Shown one piece after another: positions 26,231 to 37,389 of a DNA stretch of 64,000 nt. The stretch comes from Octopus vulgaris (lineage: Eukaryota). Every line of letters starts with the position of its first letter. Within the stretch, counting starts at the first letter, position 1. The stretch is from the NCBI GenBank assembly GCA_951406725.2, contig OX597821.1, positions 48,050,001-48,114,000 on the forward strand, given 5' to 3'. The notes beneath the pieces were generated by a model, which saw nothing but the letters and a program-made list of their open reading frames with translations, was not told where the DNA came from and ran no database searches. Position numbers and translations under genes: made by a program.

Positions 26231-26605
26231 ATGGCTGTGTGGTAAGAAGCTTGCTTTCTCACCACATGGTTTCAGGCTCAGTTCCACTGTTTGACACCTC
26301 GGCCAAGTGTCTTCTACCTATAGCTTCAGGCCAACTAACACCATGTGAGTGGATTTAGTAGACAGAAGCTGAAAGAAGCCCATTATATGTGTGTGTGTGT
26401 GCGTATTCTGTTATTTGTTTCAGTCATTTGACTGTGGCCATGCTGGAGCACCACATTTAGTTAAAGAATTCGACCCTAGGACTCATTTTTTGTATGCCTA
26501 GTACTTATTCTATTGGTTTCTTTTGCTAAAACCACTAGGTTACAGGTACATAAACACACCAACATCAGTTGTGAAGCAATGGTGGGGAGACAAACACAGA
26601 CACAC
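26231..26605. mobile_element. CORE-like tRNA SINE: 5' half on + (26231-26400), 3' half on - (26411-26605)
   Basis: Both halves align to the complete copy at 53033-53440. Confidence 0.8.
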
Positions 26606-26635
26606 CAACATATATATATATATATATATATATCT

Positions 26636-26821
26636 TGATTGGTTGAAATTGCAGAAATTGAAGAAAAACAACAACAAATATCTTACAAATTATAGAATTT
26701 TCTCAATAAAGCCAAGAGAAAAAGATGTTTTATAAACACATTCTACCAGTATACGAAGTTTAAAAGTGTTTAGTTACGTGGAAATTATTTTAAAAAACTG
26801 CCATTCAAACCGAAAAGATCC
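26636..26821 (-). mobile_element. Partial copy of the Merlin-like MITE
   Basis: Reverse complement of 30942 to about 31125, including the TIR aaaaaactgccattcaaaccgaaaagatcc. Confidence 0.85.
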
Positions 26822-28699
26822 ACTGAAACAAGTAAAAGATATAGACGTACACAACAATATTTCTACATTATTACTTCATACTGTAGCATTTCAGTTTGAT
26901 TCTATGGCTTTATACACTGCACAAAATAGCTCTATAAACACATTATTCTTCTTGACCACATTATGCCTCCAATATTTACACTGTGTCCATAATATTTATA
27001 CGACATTATCCTACACTGTTCTGCCACATTGCAGCTCTCTTACTTACTATTACACTTTATATCACCACAATTCTAAGCAATCATCCTACAATGTGCTATT
27101 ACATATAACACCACATTTATACAACATTGTTTTATACTACACAATTACATTGCACCATATTTTTACTCTTATTCATTATGACATTATATAGCGCTACAGT
27201 TCTATGCTATTAGCCGATATTATATTACTACACTGCACTATATTACATATTACCAATACACTATTACTCTAGACAACAACAATACACCACAAATTACATT
27301 TGAATATTCATATAGCTCTAAAATGTCTGTCTACAACAACAGCAATCTAAATATTTTGTGTTCAATATCAAAAGGTAATTCATTCTTTTGAAGATTGTTA
27401 CATAAATGTTTATAATGTTCCACTATAACAACATGAATTTCACATTGGTAGCCATATTGTTTTGCCTTCCTCTCTTCCTGAATCGTTCTTCTCCCTCACA
27501 TCTCTCTTATAACCCATGTATTTCTCACCTTCTCTCTCTCGTCTTGAATTCATTTTGTTTCCACCCTGTCTCTGTCTATGACCTATATATTTTTTTTTCT
27601 CTTTACCATTACCTCTCACTGTGCCCATCCCTCTCTATTTCATCATTATTTTACATTGTCTGACAGTCTCTTACTCTTCTCCGCTTTCTTTCTTTCTTTC
27701 TGTCTTTTTACTTTTCTCTTTTGTTTTTCTTTCATTTTCTCCAACATTTTAGTTCTTCTATTTCTCGCTCTCCTTGCTACCCTCCATTTCTCTTCCATCT
27801 CTCTCCAATCTGCTACTAGCTGAATGAAGTACTAACTGTATGAAGTACCTATCAAATTTTTCTGGTATCTTGGTTTAACTATAAATCTTTATAGATGAGT
27901 TAATCCAGTTTATTTTAAATCTCTTTTAATCCATTGAATACCCTATACCATTTATGAAGTAATGATGATTATGCTACCAATACATAATTAATAATAAATC
28001 AACTTATTGAGAATGAGGAATTGGCAGAAATGGGACACAACTATACAGTATTTACTTATCACCACCTTCTCTACAAACCTTTTTGTTATTAAATTATCCT
28101 TGTATTACAATTGGAAACCAAGGAATCTTATCAGTTAGGACCAATCACTGCTTTACTGCATTTTTGATAGTGAGAAGTGACAAGGGAGTACTTGTCTACC
28201 AAGGAGAAGAACAAATACCACAATGAATATGCTTTGAAATGCATAATACACACATATACACATAATACACATATATACATTCTCCATCTCCCCACCCACC
28301 ATACACATACATATTCGATGGACTCTCCTCATATATGACAGTCTAGTTTGCAATTCTCGAGTCAGCATGACCTAATATGGCAAAGTTCTACTCTTGGTTT
28401 ACTGGCACAGACCATCCAAACATCTATAGAGTTTCCATCCAGAAATTGACTCTCAAAGTTTGGGTTGAACCAAAGCTTGTGCTCCTCCCAATGTTTTATG
28501 AATGCCACCCTCCATTCCATTCTCCCTTAAATCCACACTCTCAATCATCATCTTTCTTAGGTCCTCCTCTTATCTGTTACCCTTTTCTTGTCCATTCCAC
28601 TATTGGCTTCATCAGCCACTGAATTTCTTACTTTTCCATTTCATTACCGCCATTAAGATTTGCACCTATATTATAGTACTATCACTATCTTCTGGTGCC

Positions 28700-29625
28700 A
28701 CCTGGAGGGTGATAAGGTGTGGAGTTCATTGGCAGAGGAGTTCTTGCCATGGCCGGCCTCTTTGGAGAGATTTAAACCCGGTTTCATTAAAAGATGCAAT
28801 CTGACTTTATGGCAGAAAGAGTGCTGTCAGGCACTCTGGCTGATCCACAAGACAGACAAGGTCAGCAGCAGGAATACCATCTCGGTGTTCTATAGAGGGC
28901 TGGTAGAGGCAAAAAATAATGACGTCCTAGGAGGGGTCCTGGGGTTTGATGAGAACCAACTTACCAACCTGTTCAGAAAAACTTTCAGGCCAGGGTATTT
29001 GGACAACTTCCAAAAATCCCTGACCAGGCAGTGTTACTGGAATGCTTTACCTGTTCATGATAAGTTATCCAGTCACGGAATATCAGTGCCACCGACGTGT
29101 CCAGGATGTGGGCTGGACAATGAAACTGTCCAGCATGCTTTTGTACAATGTCAGGAGCTATCTAGCTTGATAAGTTACGTTGAACATATGTTGTCACATC
29201 TGGGACAAGTACAGCTGTTGGCTGGACCTATAATAAAGATGATACCGCCAACTGGACTCTCAAAGGAAGGTGAGGTTTGCTTTTACTGTACGGTTGCAGT
29301 ACTGAAAGAGTGTGTTTGGAGAACAAGAATGGAAGGTTCTGTGACAGGGTCCTTCGTCTCCAGCCCCGGTTTGCTATCTTACTTCAAATACCGTCTGAAG
29401 AGCAAGATGCGGTTGGAAAAGAGGACCCTGCCGCTGTGTGAATATGAGCAACAATGGAAGGAAGTGATGAAAAAGGTGGGTGCTAGTAACCCAGCTTAAT
29501 CATCGAGGAAAGGAAAAGTGAGCTGCTGGTCCTTATAGGCTGTCGGGTTCAATTTTTTCTGTTCTATTTTTTTCTGTTTCATATTTTTTTCTTCGGTTTA
29601 TGGTTTTTGTTTTGGAAAAAAAAGA
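28700..29625 (+). mobile_element. 5'-truncated Tx1/L1-clade LINE, ORF2 C-terminus (zf-RVT region)
   Basis: ORF 28660..29499 has NALPV..KL...PTCPGCGLDNETVQHAFVQC and a downstream VW..R. It is related to the element at 60931-62643. Confidence 0.85.
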
Positions 29626-30043
29626 GTTCTAGTGAAAAGTTTTAAAATTAATTATTTTATTAAATAAGTAAATTTTTATTATAATCATTTGAATTCATCC
29701 AACATTTTGTATTTGTCTGTCTTGTAATGTACCCATTCTATGTTTCGATCTGATGTGATCTTAATAAAGATTTCCTCAGTTGCAGACAAGGTGTCCAGTA
29801 CTAAAGAGAAGTAAAAGAAAGCAGGCTGGTCTGCTGGTCCCATCGCTAGAAAGCAATAGGGTTTCACTCCTCTGCTCACAATATCTTGGATGCAGCTATG
29901 CATCATTAACCAGCTAGAGGAGATGTCCTCTTGGAGTTAAAATATTGCAGTAAAATCCTTCCGAATGGACAGTCATGTTGAAGTGGCTATGAACATTACT
30001 TGATAGTACAACTACTCTGTTGATCTCTTAAAGAGATTTTTGC

Positions 30044-30074
<31 letters not shown>

Positions 30075-30261
30075 TGTATGTATGTATGTATGTATGTATG
30101 TATGTATGTATGTATGTATGTATGTATGTATGTATGTGTATATGTATGTATATATGTATGCATGTATATATTATATACATAAACACTTATGTCTACATAT
30201 ATACATACACACACATATATAAATATATAAATACACACACATATATATAATATATACACAC

Positions 30262-30291
<30 letters not shown>

Positions 30292-30295
<4 letters not shown>

Positions 30296-30425
30296 GTAAA
30301 ATAATATGTGACAATTATTCAATAGCCAAGATAAAACTCTGAGTTTCGGATGCCAAGGTGGAAAACCACAACACCATCTCTTCGGTTATCTGGCCATCTG
30401 AAAAACGCTGTGAAAAAAGACCGTT
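30292..30425 (-). mobile_element. Short (TA)n-flanked repeat with a hammerhead-like motif at 30330-30390
   Basis: Homologous to the arms at 10694-10937. The minus strand reads GATAA-CCGAAGA-GATG...CATC-C-GAAA-CTC-A-GAG-T-T-TTATC. Confidence 0.7.
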
Positions 30426-30491
30426 ATATATATATATACATATATAGACACACAGACACACATACAGACACACACACACACACACACACAC

Positions 30492-30533
<42 letters not shown>

Positions 30534-30941
30534 TACACACAAATATATGTATACACACTGATATATGTACATATATATACATATAAAGAAGTATTTCCAC
30601 AAAAAGATACCATTAATTTCAATTTCTATGCCCTTATCCAGTGAAGTTTCATCGATACTCTATCATAAATTCTATTTGACAGTTGTTCAATGTTTATTTT
30701 TATTGTTGTTTGATTTTTGCTTCCCTTCTAAAACTTTCAGAATAGTTTATATTTTAGTTGTAACTTTTGGTTGCTATAAATGCCATAGCTAGGGAGCTGG
30801 TAAACATGTTCTACCACTCTTTAGAAATGGTTGCTTCCGGTATTTTAACTTCTTCCTTGATTCTTTCAGCTTCTTCTCTTCAATGGAATTACAGTAGAAA
30901 ATATTTTATAGTGGATCTATTGAAAAAAATGAAGAATATGG

Positions 30942-31354
30942 GGATCCTTTCGATTTGAACGGCAGTTTTTAACATAATTTCTAGGTAACTAAAAAATTTA
31001 AACTTCGTATACTGGTAGAATGTGTTTATAAAACATCTTTTTCTCTTGGCTTTATTGTGAAAACTCTATAGTTTGTAAGATATTTGTTGTTGTTTTTTCT
31101 TCAATTTCTGCAATTTCAACCAATCACTGATGTCTATTGAAGTAAAAAACATTCTGTGCCGTATGAATATGTCCCTCGTTTAAGAAACAGATTGGGTTTA
31201 TTTACATTTGTGAAGAAAAAAAAAGATACCCTTCCCCCCACCCCTAACCCTAACCCTAAAATAAATTGAAATGATCGATACTAGGGTCATAATTATGGGT
31301 GACAATTTCATATGACACCGCTAGAAAAAACTGCCGTTCAAACAAAAAAGATCC
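30942..31354 (+). mobile_element. Non-autonomous DNA transposon, Merlin-like, with internal (CCCTAA)3
   Basis: TIRs of about 28 bp: GGATCCTTTCGATTTGAACGGCAGTTTT and AAAACTGCCGTTCAAACAAAAAAGATCC. A perfect 8-bp TSD, GAATATGG, lies at 30934-30941 and 31355-31362. GG termini plus an 8-bp TSD fit Merlin. Confidence 0.8.
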
Positions 31355-32509
31355 GAATATGGTTATAGGTGGAGCGGTAGGATTGTTTTCCCTTTTTAAC
31401 TGTATCTTCTTTTTCATCAAGAGTACACAGTCCCAAAAGTATGATTTCTTTCGTATATCTAATATTATTATTGTAACTCATTTTTTTCTAATATTTAATT
31501 TTGGTTTATTGAAGTACTCTATAAAGTTCTTTCTTTCACAAAGAAACATTGCTGTAGTAGGCTTCTCATGCCACTTTCCACTTATTCTATTTTGGTTTCA
31601 CATAAACAGTAGATTCTTTTATGACTGCCTGTGTTTGATTCCACTGACAATGACAAAATACATCGGTTGTGTCAAGAGAAAATATGTAACATATGTATAT
31701 GTGTATTTCAACGTTTTTATTTTCTAGTATCCATTCGTTTTAGTTCAATAAATATCATTGTATAAACAATCTAAACATAAACACTTTTCCTTTTTGTCAA
31801 GCCCCCAACAAAAGCAATTTCTATGAAAAGTTTTTCTTCATATTTATGTGGTATTATGTCTAATAACTTTGTAATTCTACTGAGGTCAGCTTTACCTATC
31901 ATCAATTTAAGTTTGATAAAGTAGAGTATCAGTCAAGTATGGATTTAATAGTATCTCGGAGTATTTGGCATTAGGAAGGGCATCCAACCCTAGGAACCCT
32001 GCCAGATCAAGATTGAAGACTGGTAGAGCCATCTGGTTTGCCAGCCCTGACTCATTCGTCCAACCCATGCTAGCATGGAAAGCGGACGTTAAACGATGAT
32101 GATGAGGAGTAACTCTTTCCCCGAAGAATTGCAGGCATTGTACGTAAATCAGTAGCCATTGTCATGGTACTCATTTTCAGAATATAATTTAAAATTGTTT
32201 TAAATGCTATTTTAAACTATTACAGCTCTACAGAATGTAAAAACGAAAAACAAACAAACAAACATAATGGGCTTCTCAAATTCTGGCTCTTTCTGTCATT
32301 TTCCAATTACAAGGCACTGTTTGTAAGTTCTTTTATAACTACTACTTCTTCATTTTGATGAATGATGAGATAACTTCATTTCGTATATTTCCATGATTAA
32401 GCCAGAAACTTAGGACTGTGTTTGGAGAGAATATTTAACAAGTATATGTTCATCATTATTACTCCAGTCCACACACACACACACACACACTCATATACAT
32501 ATATATAAT

Positions 32510-33290
32510 TTATATAAAAATTAGAAAAAAAACACCTTTTATCAATTCAAAATGAACAATTAAATACACCATCTAGAAAATTACATATAATAGAAATATT
32601 AAAATTGAAATAACAATAATATACCAAAGATTAAGTAAATTGTAAAAAAATGATAAAAACGTATATATTTGGTAGAATAAACAACATGTGTTTCATGGCT
32701 ATATTTAAGAAAGGATTATAGTAAAAAGATTAATTAATAGTAGTAGTAAAATCACTTCGATATAAATATAGCCACTCATCAGGTTAAAAATAAACTAGAA
32801 TAATAAAATAATTAATCAATAAATATACTTTAAAAAAATATATATATATAAGATACTAAATATACATTAAGTGAAAACTAAAAACAATATTTAAATTATT
32901 CAATACTTTAAAATTAATTAATATACTCAATGCTTGTACAAGCAATTAATATTGTAATCAAAATAAGAAATGGTTCAAATATAGACAAACTCATTAAATA
33001 AGCTAACTATATATGTGTAGTATCTATAGATTTAATATATCACTCTATAATATAATTGACTGAATATCAATTAATATAATACCTAATTATCTTAAATTTA
33101 ATACTACTTAATAAATTTACTACCTAATAATTAAATAATATATTGTCTAACAAAATTAATTCTCAAATGTAAAACGTTAGATCCTTTTATAAAAGAAAAT
33201 CTAAATAAATAGATATAATAGTTAATATCTATCTTAACTTATAACTATCAATATATATAAAAATGATATAATAGCGAAAATTATTTACAA
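32510..33290 (-). mobile_element. Extremely AT-rich Penelope-type terminal repeat region
   Basis: Contains a hammerhead motif. Its composition resembles the region after the GIY-YIG ORF at about 52080-52590. Confidence 0.45.
32683..32785 (-). ncRNA. Type-I hammerhead ribozyme-like motif with 13-bp stem II and large loop
   Basis: Minus strand reads AAC-CTGATGA-GTGGCTATATTTA..about 52 nt..TAAATATAGCCAT-GAAA-CA-CA-TG-T-T-GTT, with a canonical core. Confidence 0.75.
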
Positions 33291-33667
33291 ATGGAAAGTA
33301 AGAAACATTTAAGCTGCCTTACATTCAGTCTGATTGTCCTGATTTACTCTCATCCCTGTATGTGCATGGATATGACTTTTCATACCATGCATCCATCTCT
33401 ATAGAACTTTATAAAGTACAAAATGCCAATGGAATTAAATGACAAAAGCTTCTTAAATGCCATAATAGGTTCTAGTAACAATCTTTGCAAGATGACTGCT
33501 ACTATTTTGACTGCCAGTTTTATGTCAGAATATCTTTCTCCTAGATGAGCTGCCTTCCCCACAGCTTTGACTAAAATGATGGAAGCCTTCTCTACCCTTG
33601 GGAAATCTATTTAACCAATAGATGGGATCCTAGCAGGTACTACCATTCCAGAGCAGAATGGTAATTA

Positions 33668-34595
33668 TTAGGTTGTCAAGAAAGTTCTTGCAGTTTTTAA
33701 CCTTTAAATTCAGATGCACATATCTCAGCTCAAACAAAACTTTATTAATCAAAATGAACACCATGAGAATGTGAAACAAGTTTATTTATGCCAATAGCAT
33801 AAAAATCCTACATTCTGGTTGCAATGAAGGTACTGAAGGCGTGTTTGGTGTTGTCTTGGTTTTTGAAGCATTTCTCACGCAGGAAATTGTTGAGATGCTT
33901 GAAAAAGTGGTAGTCAGTAGGCGAGAGGTCTGTTGAGTATGGAAGATAAAGCAGAGGTTCGTAGCCCAATTCGTTCAACTTCTGCAGGGTCAGTTGTGCG
34001 ACATGTGGCTGAGCTTTGTCGTGGAGAAGAATTGGTCCTTTTCTATTGACCAATGCTGGCTGTTGCTGACGGAGTTTCTTATGCATTTCATTCATTTGCT
34101 GACAGTACTTCTTCACCGTAATGGTTTCACCTGGATCCAAAAAGCTGTGATGGATGAGACCAGCTGCAGACCACCAAATAGTCACCATGACCTTCTTTTG
34201 TTACAACTTTGGCTTTGAGAAGTGCTGTGGAGCTTTGTCAGTGTCCAACCTCTGAGCTGAGCATCACCGGTTGTCATAAAGAATCCACTTTTCATCGCAA
34301 GTCACAATCTGGTCGAGAAACAGGTCGTTCTTGTTGCATAAAATAAGGGAAGGCGACACTTCAAAAGGGCATTGTTTTTGGTTGGCGTTCAATTCATGCG
34401 GCACCCATTTCTCAAGTATTCTTCCAATCTTTTTCAAGTGGTTGGAAATTGTTGTATATGTTATGTCTAATTTAGAAGCAAGCTCTCGAACAGATGTGCC
34501 TGGATTGGTTTCCACTAAGGCTTTTAGTTGATCATTGTCAACATCAGATAGCTGACCACTATGCTTATCCTCTTCAAGACTCTCGTTACTGCTAC
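33668..34595 (-). mobile_element. Mariner element, 3' two-thirds, decayed
   Basis: Motifs WVPHEL, IVTCDEKWILYDN, MVTIWWSAAG, LLHDKAQPH and YSTDLSPTDYHFF. TA|TTAGGTTG terminus. Confidence 0.92.
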
Positions 34596-35100
34596 AAAAT
34601 TGCGGAGAAAGCATGTGTGAGTGTAGGAAAATAAAGATATTCATGGAGTATATGTGATGGGAAGAGTAATGTGGAATATGTTATTGATATGTGTGCAAAT
34701 GTATAACAAAAGTATATGAGGGTGTGAAAGTATATGAGAGAGTAACTAAGAATTAAGCTTTAAACTAAAATTTTTTTTAAAAAAGAGGAAAATATATGGA
34801 TTCTGTGAAAAGAAAAAAAGTAAAAGAAATTGTTAAAAATTATACATCAATGGAAAATGTGAAGGGAAGCCAGCAGAATGATCAGATGGAGGTAACAAGC
34901 TAATTAACTCCATGAAGGAGAAGCAATAGCAATTATGAAGAAGCTGACAAATTCCACAAAGTAAAAATAACTTTAATGAACAGGTAAAAAGCTAGACATA
35001 ATGCACATGGTGTAAAAAGAAAAGGCAGTGGGAAGAGCCAGTAAATGGGGGAGACATAGGACAAATACGAGTCTGTTGGGGGAAGAAGAAGATAGCAAGC

Positions 35101-35329
35101 TTAACCCTTTAGCATTTAAACCAGTCATATCCAGCCAAAAGTATTCTGCCTGTTTTATGTTCAAACTGGCCGGATCTGGTCTCTCACACCAACCCTACAA
35201 TATCGTTTTAAAAATTAACAGCTACCTCATTGAAATCTCATAACTACAAGATAATGCATGATTAGTTCAAAACAATGTGGATAAAAAAGGATTAATTTGG
35301 GCAGAATAATGCGAACACTAAATGGTTAA
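35101..35329. mobile_element. piggyBac-type MITE
   Basis: TTAA|CCCTTTAGCATT ... AACACTAAATGG|TTAA; the right TIR is degenerate. Confidence 0.7.
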
Positions 35330-36960
35330 ATGTGAGTTGTATTCAAGCATAGGGGATTACATATACATTGTCTACATATATATTATCTCCATATCAACCT
35401 ATCAACATGTCTACATTTTTATGTGTGTACGTATCTGTTGTCACTTGAATGAATGCAATTACAATGAGGCGAATCACCAACATTGGAAAATAGAATATAA
35501 GTAGTTGTTTTTGTATATACAATACATACACATGTGTATATACAGGCTCAGACGTAAATACATACATATACAAATACAAATATAAATACATATATATATG
35601 CATAGATTCACACTGACACTCACACACATTTATGCACACATTCCTTTGTGTATTCCAACTCAAAAACTATGGCCATGCAGCAGCACTGCCATTTATGTAC
35701 ATATGTACATTTAAGTATCTATTCCACTCATTAATTCAGTTGTTTTCTTCCACAATCCTCAACAACCCTCTAAAAAATAATTATATATACAGACATGCAT
35801 GCATACATACACACACAAATACATACATATGTATGTGCGTATATATATTATAAACTCTTATCTCAAAAATAATAATACTTCCCAAAAGTTTGTCATTGAA
35901 TAAAAGACATTAAGTGTAAAAGAGAGATTAGAAAGTGTGTGTGTGAGAGAGAGAGAGAGGAGGTAAAAGTGAGAATTGAGAGAGAAAGAGTAAGCAAGAA
36001 AAAGAAAGAGAAAGGGTAAAAGAGAGAAATGAGAGAGTGAGAAAGTGAAGTGTGTTTAGTGTGTTAAAGTATTACCTTCACCAAAACTGATTGGATCATT
36101 GACTTTTTCTTTTGTTTCTTATTTATTTATTTATTTTCTTTCATATTAAAATATCTTCACAATAAGCAGTGAAAAGAATTCTTCAGAAAGTAAGCAATGC
36201 TTAGACAGTTCTCCAATCCACTTATTCCACATGGCATTTTTCTCTTTATCAACAATAAAAAAAAAAAAAATCAAAATAAAATATGAGCTATAAAAACCTA
36301 TTTATTCACTAGTGTAGCTTGCGATGATTCTGTTGTGGCTTGCACTATCTCAATCAACTAAGCTTCAAGGAAAGCAGAGTAAAGTGGTTGGCTTCCTGTT
36401 GCATTCTGCAAGTCCATTTGTAATAGCAGTACAATTTTTTTTTCTTTTTGTTTTTTTATTGACGGAAGGTATTGACTGTCACGATATTCACATATTTCAT
36501 AATTACTTCAGTGAAAGGAAATAGCCAAAGTCAAGAATTGGAAGCAGAGAACCAACTCAGTTAACCAGAAGTTGAAGCTCTATTCAATGAAGCTCACTGC
36601 ATGTTCATGTCCGTTTTTACAGGAATTCAATGGTAAAGTTGAAGGAATGTCAGATATTCAGATATTAGAACAGTACTACACTGTATACTTCTTTTGTTTT
36701 ACTAAGTTCACTTCTCATTGGAATCAACTTCACCTTTCAATCATCAGTTGCAGCAGGATTTTGTAATCAAGTTTATTGTTGTTAAGTTTCTGTAGCTTGA
36801 GACTGAAAGTCATAGTAATTAGTCGAGTATGGCAATTAGATATTTGCACTAAGCTTAGCATCAGATTAGGTAACTACTGAAAACTCACAAAGACCAGTCA
36901 CACTAATAAGGTGCAATGATTCAGTCCAGCGAACGTTTATAGCTGGTAAAATATGCCTCA

Positions 36961-37189
36961 TTAACCCTTTCGTTACTGTATTTATTTTGAGATGCTCTGT
37001 GTTTCTTTCAATTACTGTAAACATAACAAAGAATTTAGTAAAATAACTTAGTTATCATTCAGCTAGTGTTAGGAACATAAATTGTGACTAAGGTTTGGTG
37101 GAAGATTTTAATTCATGACTTATGAAAACAAGACATTTGTACTGCAGAGCCAGAGCTGGTTTCAGCCGGGTTGGTAACGAAAGGGTTAA
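36961..37189. mobile_element. piggyBac-type MITE
   Basis: TTAA|CCCTTTCGTTAC ... GTAACGAAAGGG|TTAA, with perfect 12-bp TIRs. Confidence 0.9.
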
Positions 37190-37389
37190 GCATTAACAGG
37201 GTAACATATGTAAATAGTCGTTTGACTGCCACCTGCTCAAACCTTGATCTCATTTAAAGACAGGTAATGCTCTAGTACGGCCTTGTTTGTAATATCTAGC
37301 ATAATAAAGGAATATAAAGTTATTTAGTCATCTAACATTTGGCAGTGATGGTTAGACAATGCTTTGGAGTTGAGATTAATAAGATGGAA

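Noticed and set aside
28660-29499. 279-aa ORF as a host gene
   Set aside because: It is the C-terminal part of a LINE ORF2, and the listed start lies in flanking DNA.
31242-31259. True telomere or chromosome fusion site
   Set aside because: Only three units are present, inside a TIR element with a TSD.
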